The notes under the pieces are model-generated. The model saw only the letters and a list, made by a program, of their open reading frames with translations. It did no database searches and was not told the origin of the DNA. Positions 53,401 through 64,000 of a stretch of DNA of 64,000 bases are shown piece after piece. The stretch spans positions 6,634,001 through 6,698,000 of the forward strand of contig NC_092671.1 of NCBI RefSeq assembly GCF_964355755.1. The letters are read 5' to 3'. This DNA is from Antedon mediterranea (lineage: Eukaryota; Animalia; Echinodermata). The first letter of the stretch is position 1; every line of letters begins with the position of its first letter. The position numbers were made by a program, and so were the translations under genes.

Positions 53401-54481
53401 AATTTAAAATATTAATAATAAAAATAAAGCTCCCAAGTATACAAATACAATGCGTTTACGAAATCGTGTAAAAAATTGTTAATTTATATACTTGTGAAAA
53501 TGTTATAACATAGAAGTTGTGCGTTCTTTTTATATTTATTATAGGGTACCGCACCAACAAAAACCTTCTCCTGGCGAGGCCTTAGTAGCAAAGTATTTGG
53601 TCCTGAAACGGAACAAGTGAAAGAGACTAAGTTAAGACAGGTCAAAGATCAAATTCAAGAAGCTGAGGAGAATGTGACAAGAACACAAAAAGAGGCAGAG
53701 TGAGTTATATTTTGATTTAAAAATAAGTAATATAGTACACAAATATTATTTTATTTGCCTTGAGAGTGGTTTGACAGTTTTTGTTACAAACTATGGGCAG
53801 TGGTGCCTTCAAAATAGGCATTTATTGGTGAAAATCATTTCAATTTAATGTTGTTCCTATTTCAGGGAATTTGTAGAAGAGGCACTTAAGGAAATAGATG
53901 CATTCAAGAAAACTAAAACAGCAGATCTAAAAGAAATATTTATAAATTTCTCCGTTCTTCAAATAAAAATTGCAAAAAGGGTAGGTGATCACATTCACAT
54001 ATTAACCTTTTATGTTTTTCGTTTCACCACATGCGCTGATTTTGTTGTCCGTTGGCTTAATAGATCGGACGTCGCCACTTCTTTAGCCATCCTTTCAACA
54101 GATCTGGGATGTACTAGATCAGCGGGGTAACTCTCTACTCTTTCTGAAAGATGCTCTGGGTTCTTTAAAGTACATACAAGCGAGATGTGTATAATGTATA
54201 CTCCAGTCCTTATCTGAGAAGACTTATTTTACCGCCATAGCTATGGTCTTAAACATGTTCTAATATTATGGCCATCAAACTTTATGTGACAAAAAATGTG
54301 ATGGGTATATCACTACCATATTTGGGCACACTTTAATTGTCAAACTAGTTTGATAGTGTAGACAGCTTTAACCACTCGACTTGACTATTGCAAAATGTAA
54401 CCTTGTTGAAATAATGTTATTTTTTTCTTACAGGGAATTACAACTTGGACCAATACAAAAGAATGTTTTGAAAAGATGTAA
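26381..54481 (+). CDS. SNX4: Sorting nexin-4 (PX-BAR); join(26381..26488,29302..29414,32061..32199,36300..36500,41439..41494,45071..45143,45814..45941,52465..52554,53002..53095,53545..53699,53866..53980,54434..54481), 439 aa
   Basis: Twelve phase-consistent GT-AG exons. PX motifs WRRYSEFELLRNYL, PPLPEKR, FIERRR; SNX4-specific HGNYGRVFSEWSGIEHEMGDGLQSAGH and C-terminus WTNTKECFEKM*. Confidence 0.93.
28371..28594. repeat. Diverged tandem duplication of about 120 bp
   Basis: taagcagtaca...cacagactg...aagcatggaa...gctgctagt occurs twice. Confidence 0.7.
29302..29414 (+). CDS. SNX4: SNX4 exon DGTLLEAMEINVIEQEKRTTQTSMGLKDVYTVYLVETR
   Basis: ttgcag| and |gtaagt; start of PX domain. Confidence 0.9.
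30395..30710 (-). mobile_element. 5'-truncated 3' end of a CR1/L2-clade LINE
   Basis: Minus strand encodes TRVGQQCISYQGTHIWNNLTDYIKQSPTLSLFKRLKQYY*, resembling the C-terminal motif of CR1/L2 ORF2, followed by a 3' UTR ending aataaaaa. Confidence 0.6.
32061..32199 (+). CDS. SNX4: SNX4 exon ...SLWRRYSEFELLRNYLLVTYSHVVIPPLPEKR
   Basis: cacag| and |gtaagt; PX core. Confidence 0.93.
33500..33988. mobile_element. Non-autonomous TIR transposon with TTAA TSD (Kolobok-like)
   Basis: ttaa|AGACCCCTTCCCTGCAATTTT ... AAAATTGTAGGGAAGGGGGCT|ttaa. Confidence 0.75.
35377..35533. mobile_element. MITE family A copy, full length
   Basis: taaagctttgtctacactatcaaact ... agtttgatagtgtagacagagcttta. Confidence 0.85.
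36300..36500 (+). CDS. SNX4: SNX4 exon ATIMWQQLSTVDNFDSEFIERRR...TGFQAK
   Basis: Within ORF 36255..36506; tttcag| and |gtttga. Confidence 0.92.
37738..37870. mobile_element. MITE family A copy
   Basis: Both TIRs and core. Confidence 0.8.
38118..38287. mobile_element. MITE family A copy, full length
   Basis: Both TIRs intact. Confidence 0.85.
38912..39000 (+). mobile_element. Second copy of the tRNA-Gly-derived SINE-like element
   Basis: Shares gttcaatcctgacctagtgccagggttgta(a/g)ctcacgactc with 16020-16060. Confidence 0.6.
39894..40400. mobile_element. Non-autonomous TIR transposon (TIRs about 50 bp; possibly ISL2EU/PIF-like)
   Basis: att|AGGGAGGTTTCGAATCTTACGAATACGATAACGAAAACGGATACGTCAC ... 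GTGACGTATCCGTTTTCGTTATCGTATTCGTAAGGTTGCGAAACCTCCCT|att. Confidence 0.8.
41439..41494 (+). CDS. SNX4: SNX4 exon QDSRLKSLNAAFRLKKPDK
   Basis: ttatag| and |gtaagt. Confidence 0.9.
42160..42288. mobile_element. MITE family A copy
   Basis: taaagctctgtctacactatcaaa ... tttgatattgtagacagagcttta. Confidence 0.85.
45071..45143 (+). CDS. SNX4: SNX4 exon RFEDLKNYCTNLQSNITALLKLRA
   Basis: tttcag| and |gtaagt. Confidence 0.9.
45242..45690. mobile_element. Two MITE family A copies (about 45242..45385 and 45535..45690)
   Basis: TIRs and core motifs. Confidence 0.75.
45814..45941 (+). CDS. SNX4: SNX4 exon KLADRLYGIHKIHGNYGRVFSEWSGIEHEMGDGLQSAGHYMD
   Basis: tttcag| and |gtaagt; BAR domain. Confidence 0.93.
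46338..46490. mobile_element. MITE family A copy
   Basis: Both TIRs and core. Confidence 0.8.
47203..47388 (-). mobile_element. Deu-domain-like SINE copy (degenerate)
   Basis: Shares ttgttctaccaccagaac and cttgaacctgtgccg with the 3582 copy. Confidence 0.5.
49213..52116 (+). mobile_element. HINE/DINE-like element present as a tandem dimer (period about 1433 bp)
   Basis: 5' palindrome aggttatatgcat-gat-atgcatataacct, (TTTA)n, long core, 3' atgcatataacct + hairpin aattcgtca-tag-tgacgaatt + ctag at 50683 and again at 52116. Confidence 0.75.
52465..52554 (+). CDS. SNX4: SNX4 exon YKDYIDDFMAEEELIADQLKEYACFADAV
   Basis: tttag| and |gtaaga. Confidence 0.9.
53002..53095 (+). CDS. SNX4: SNX4 exon SVCSKQEMLQYEVEKAEELLASKTQLRDQLQ
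   Basis: ttacag| and |gttggt. Confidence 0.88.
53107..53370. repeat. AT-rich duplication of about 120 bp with (AAT)n
   Basis: gtcactgtaaatt(a/g)tgatgtaaaatatgtaaaaaa at 53107 and 53227. Confidence 0.7.
53545..53699 (+). CDS. SNX4: SNX4 exon GTAPTKTFSWRGLSSKVFGPETEQVKE...RTQKEA
   Basis: ttatag| and |gtgagt. Confidence 0.9.
53866..53980 (+). CDS. SNX4: SNX4 exon EFVEEALKEIDAFKKTKTADLKEIFINFSVLQIKIAKR
   Basis: tttcag| and |gtaggt. Confidence 0.9.
54110..54380 (-). mobile_element. Deu-domain-like SINE copy with nested MITE A fragment (about 54273..54370)
   Basis: ggggtaactctctactctttctgaaagatgctctgggttctttaaagt core; MITE TIR tagtttgatagtgtagacag inside. Confidence 0.55.
54434..54481 (+). CDS. 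SNX4: SNX4 last coding exon GITTWTNTKECFEKM*
   Basis: ttacag| acceptor; conserved SNX4 C-terminus; TAA stop. Confidence 0.9.
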   Translation, partial: GITTWTNTKECFEKM

Positions 54482-56087
54482 CAATATATATTGAGGAATA
54501 TTTAGAAATAATATTAAAGGTAACCGAGGGATAACTAATGCTGGACTTGCTTTTAAGCAAGAAACTAAATTTATAATAATAAAGATCTATTTTTAGAGTA
54601 TTTGATCTTCTTTATTTTCTATATCTCTTTGGAAATATCTGTTATTATATTTATATTATGTTTCAGTGATGTAGTACTAGCATTAGTTTAATTTGTAATA
54701 AAACTGTATTTTCAATATTAATCCATTCGTTTAATATATATGTCAAATTTCTGTTTTTAGCCTCTCATTTCTTTTTCTTGGTTTTTTGTGTTATATATTT
54801 TAAATTTAACATTCTTGTAATCAAAACACTGTAGTACTATTAATTATCACTATTCACTTCTCTATACTCTTCCCTGGTACATATTGTATAGTTAGTATAA
54901 TAATATATTATTTATAATATTGTGGCATGGATGACTTTATTTATTCAGTCTATATCCAATCATTATAGATTAAAAGGCCCAGGGAGATATAAAATAACTA
55001 ACTAACCAACAATAAGGATAGTCCATGCATGGCCTAAGACAAAACTAATAATTGATTTAGCCAGTGGACTTGTTTGTTTTAATTTTGAGCCCATAAATGT
55101 GGGTTGCTGAACAGTACCTTTCAGTTCATTATCAACCAATAATAAGTTGTCATTCTAGGTTGGTTATAGGTGACAATTTAACATAATGAAACATTTTGGC
55201 ACACATGGCATTTCATAGGTTAAAAATAATAATAACTAGAGACTTGGGGCAAGTCTACCTGATATTTAGACTTGCCTCAAGTCTGTGTAGTCATTGTCTT
55301 TTTTATGTTAGTCCACCAGATCGATTTTCTCTGAATACGAGCTCAGGTATCATATGTATGAAATGCCATATGTGCCAAAATATTTATTTTTTTATTACCT
55401 GGTATTGTGTAATGCATAATCCTGCCATATTTTATTTATCTATTATTTCTTCAATATAAAAGTATATTTTGACATAAAGTGCACTTACATTTGCTTTTGT
55501 AACCTGAGAGGCTATAATCAATTCTGTTTTACGGAAAACATTAATGTTTTGTTAAATATCGTAATCAAAATTCATATAAATAATTGATTGACATCAAGTT
55601 TAAAATACTTCGTAGATTTTCCGGAACTGGTAAAAGGAATTAAATGGTGTTCTTTTCAATTTTGTAATGGAATGTATCATACCATTAATAATATAAAAGT
55701 AATGATTTAATAAATATTCAACATTATATTAATAATTATTATATTAAAAGAAATATGATTGTGCAATGCTATGGACAGCACATTTTAAAATTGCAGTTCA
55801 GCATGTACAATTTTATTACTGTTTATTAGATTAATTTATTTAAACTTTTGTTCAAGTTATCTCATGCAATAGCAGTTTTATGCCATGCAATAGCATTTAT
55901 AGTAATTTGAATGCATTAAACATTAAAAATAATGTTTATTTGTCATGTTTTAACACGCCTTGACTCGACCAGTTACATGGAGTGCATAAGGTACAATCAA
56001 TGTTGTATTTTCATACCACAATAACTTGCAAGACCTTAGTATATTAGTGCTACACATTTATCAAAAACGCAATCAAATCTATGTTTC

Positions 56088-56232
56088 TAAAGCTTTGTCT
56101 AAACTATGAAACTAGTTTGACAAAAAAGTGTGATGTGCCCAAAAAATATGGCAGTTATATTCCCAAATATGGTAGTGATATTCCCAAATATGGTAGTGAG
56201 ATGACATCATCATGTCCATATGGGCACATCAA
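56088..56232. mobile_element. MITE family A copy (right end degenerate)
   Basis: Left TIR plus repeated cccaaatatggtagtga core. Confidence 0.7.
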
Positions 56233-58585
56233 GTTTAATTTTAGTTTGAATAAAAATGTTCCCTTGTATCCGTTAACCTGAATATCATTAGATGAATTAG
56301 AAAACATATCCTCACGTACATTGGACCTTCTGTGAGGTTATTTTTTTAATTCTAATTTGTAATCAAACTGCCAGTATGTATAGTATACCTGTCACTAATA
56401 GTAATGATGTATTATAATCTGTCCTATCATTAAGTATAGTACTAGTAGACATTTGTAGGATATGTGGATATATTTGGTCTGTATACTGACAGAGTTTCAA
56501 CTCTGGAATGGGTAAGTGGGGGGTGGGGAGGGGGTAGAAGTTAAGGGTTGGATGAGGAGCTAAACTTTACAGTCAAATCATTCCATTATTATAGTGAATA
56601 TTTCTGTATTTTATTCAAGTTGATTGAAATCAAATTAATTGTGTAATTTTGGTACAATAATTTCAATTATGTATTGGGTTGCAAACCAAATAAATTATTT
56701 AAACAAAAATTACAATTTCACGTTTTCTTTGTGTTGAATTAAAATAAAACGTTTCTACAGTATACTAAATAGGCCTTCTGTATTATAATCATATTAAATT
56801 GTCTTGTCATAACCAAAAACATAGGCATACATGAACATTTCAATTCATGATTAACATATATAAAGGGTTTCAAATGCCTACTGCATTATCAGATATGATT
56901 TCCTCCAATCCAATGATTTTCATTATGTAAGATTGGAAAAGCACAAACAATTTATTCAGGCAGACTATTTATATGATTATGACACAATATGCCTAAGTAT
57001 TAATATTTACAGAGTATTGAAATAAAGAACGTAGAGACAACTCATCGTTGAAACTCAGCATATCTCATTTATTTAAACGAATGAGGAGGAGACATACGAT
57101 TTGAACACAATATCAGTGTCAGTAGCGACCTTGCGTTTCCAGATGCAGCAAGCAGCTAAGCAGCTATTGATTACAACAGTCATTCTGGTGTGCATTCTTA
57201 AATATATGTTTCTGAGCGTGCCCCCAACGACTTCAATGAAGAGAACATTCAGTGTACAGTTTGATTACTGTACATTATAAATGGTTACTATAATTTGGCA
57301 GATTTGGCGTCCCATACATGTATGTATGTTTGGTTTGTTGTTTTTTTAGTGTTTATAGAATGAATGAGGAAGTGATACGAAAAATTGGAGATTTTAAGAA
57401 TTAAGATTTCTGAATTCTGTACCAAAAGGTAGTGGACTTATATTTTAGATGTGCTTGAATACTATACATTGACCTATAATTTATTATCAAGTTAAAACAT
57501 TACTTGCTCAGATTTTTAAGCTAGGCCCTAGTTAGGCTAGTACTACTAGCTAGGCCTAGTAGCTAGCTAGCTAGTCTAGGCTAAGTACAGTAGGCTCGAC
57601 TTGGTACCCTCTGCATGCACCATGGACCCCACCCTAGTTGTTGTGTAGCCTAGGATAATCCAAGAGGTGATATCCATGGTATTATTAATACAGTAGTATA
57701 TTTGTAGTAAACTGGTGTTATTATACAGTATGCCTATTAGGGATTATTTAGCTTTTAAGAAGTTTCAATCAAGTTCATTCAGTTCAGTTTATCGGCACGG
57801 TTAATAATAACAGTGACACTGCTTTTGTATTTCTTTAAGTATTATTACCGTGCTAATTAATAATATTTGTGGTGGCTATAAAATTTGTCCATTGTTTCAA
57901 ATCTGGAAGGTCAATCGTGTGTCTGATACTTGTCTTTTTCTATTAAAATTATCAATCGTATACAGTGATTAGCTTATCATGCTGTCCAGTTTGGTAACTT
58001 ATTTGATGTATGGAACATATTAACATAATATTTTAGCCGATCACAGATAAAGATACCGGATATTCATTCGTTAATTTACTGATAAATTATTTTTTTATCT
58101 TTCTTTATCGTGATTATATTCGACAGCCTATTTTTGTTAATTGAATCACAAGATAGATTCGTGCAATTGTAACTGTGCTTGTTTTAATTTGGTCTTACTT
58201 TGTGGTAGGTTGTGTGTATAATTGTTCTCCATTTTAATATCAAAATAAAAAGCTAACAAATATAGATACTGTAGTACAGTATGTGGTTATTAATTATGAA
58301 TAGTAAAATAATTACTTATAATAACATGGAGTAAAGAATGATAATAATAAGTAAATTACCTGAATTCTGTGGGTTTGCTGTTTTTATCTTGTTGTATACG
58401 GCATTGTTTGTACGTGACTGTTACTGTAGATTTGTGATCGCACTTGCATGCCTCACTTGACAGTAGTCGCTCACTCAAAATTTGCAGTGAACCTATACCT
58501 ACTGTACATCATTATTATGATAAGCTATAGTGTAGTATAAGTTTTGTTGTTTATCAGGAAAGACGAAAGAAAGAAGGGGAGTAGA

Positions 58586-64000
<5,415 letters not shown>

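Overview
AT-rich, intron-containing animal genomic DNA, probably from a marine invertebrate deuterostome (inference). There are no prokaryotic features such as operons, CRISPR arrays or rRNA. Four spliced genes were reconstructed by hand from GT-AG junctions and phase continuity: the 3' part of STK11IP (+, <1..4984), a complete TGF-beta type II receptor TGFBR2 (-, 24192..11093), a complete sorting nexin SNX4 (+, 26381..54481), and MyD88 (+, 58586..>63680, last exon outside the window). The most striking observation is an intragenic tandem duplication of about 1.1 kb in TGFBR2. It creates two intact, diverged, phase-1-symmetric copies of the single exon encoding the 12-Cys ligand-binding ectodomain. 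It also duplicates the splice acceptor of the transmembrane exon, and this copy runs into a stop codon. The gene could therefore encode two alternative receptors, a bivalent tandem-ectodomain receptor, and a secreted decoy. Introns carry many non-autonomous elements: about 17 copies of one MITE family, a Helitron, Helentron/HINE-like elements (one as a tandem dimer), Kolobok-like and other TIR elements, Deu-domain-like and tRNA-Gly-derived SINEs, and several minisatellites. Family assignments come from recalled sequence knowledge, not database searches.
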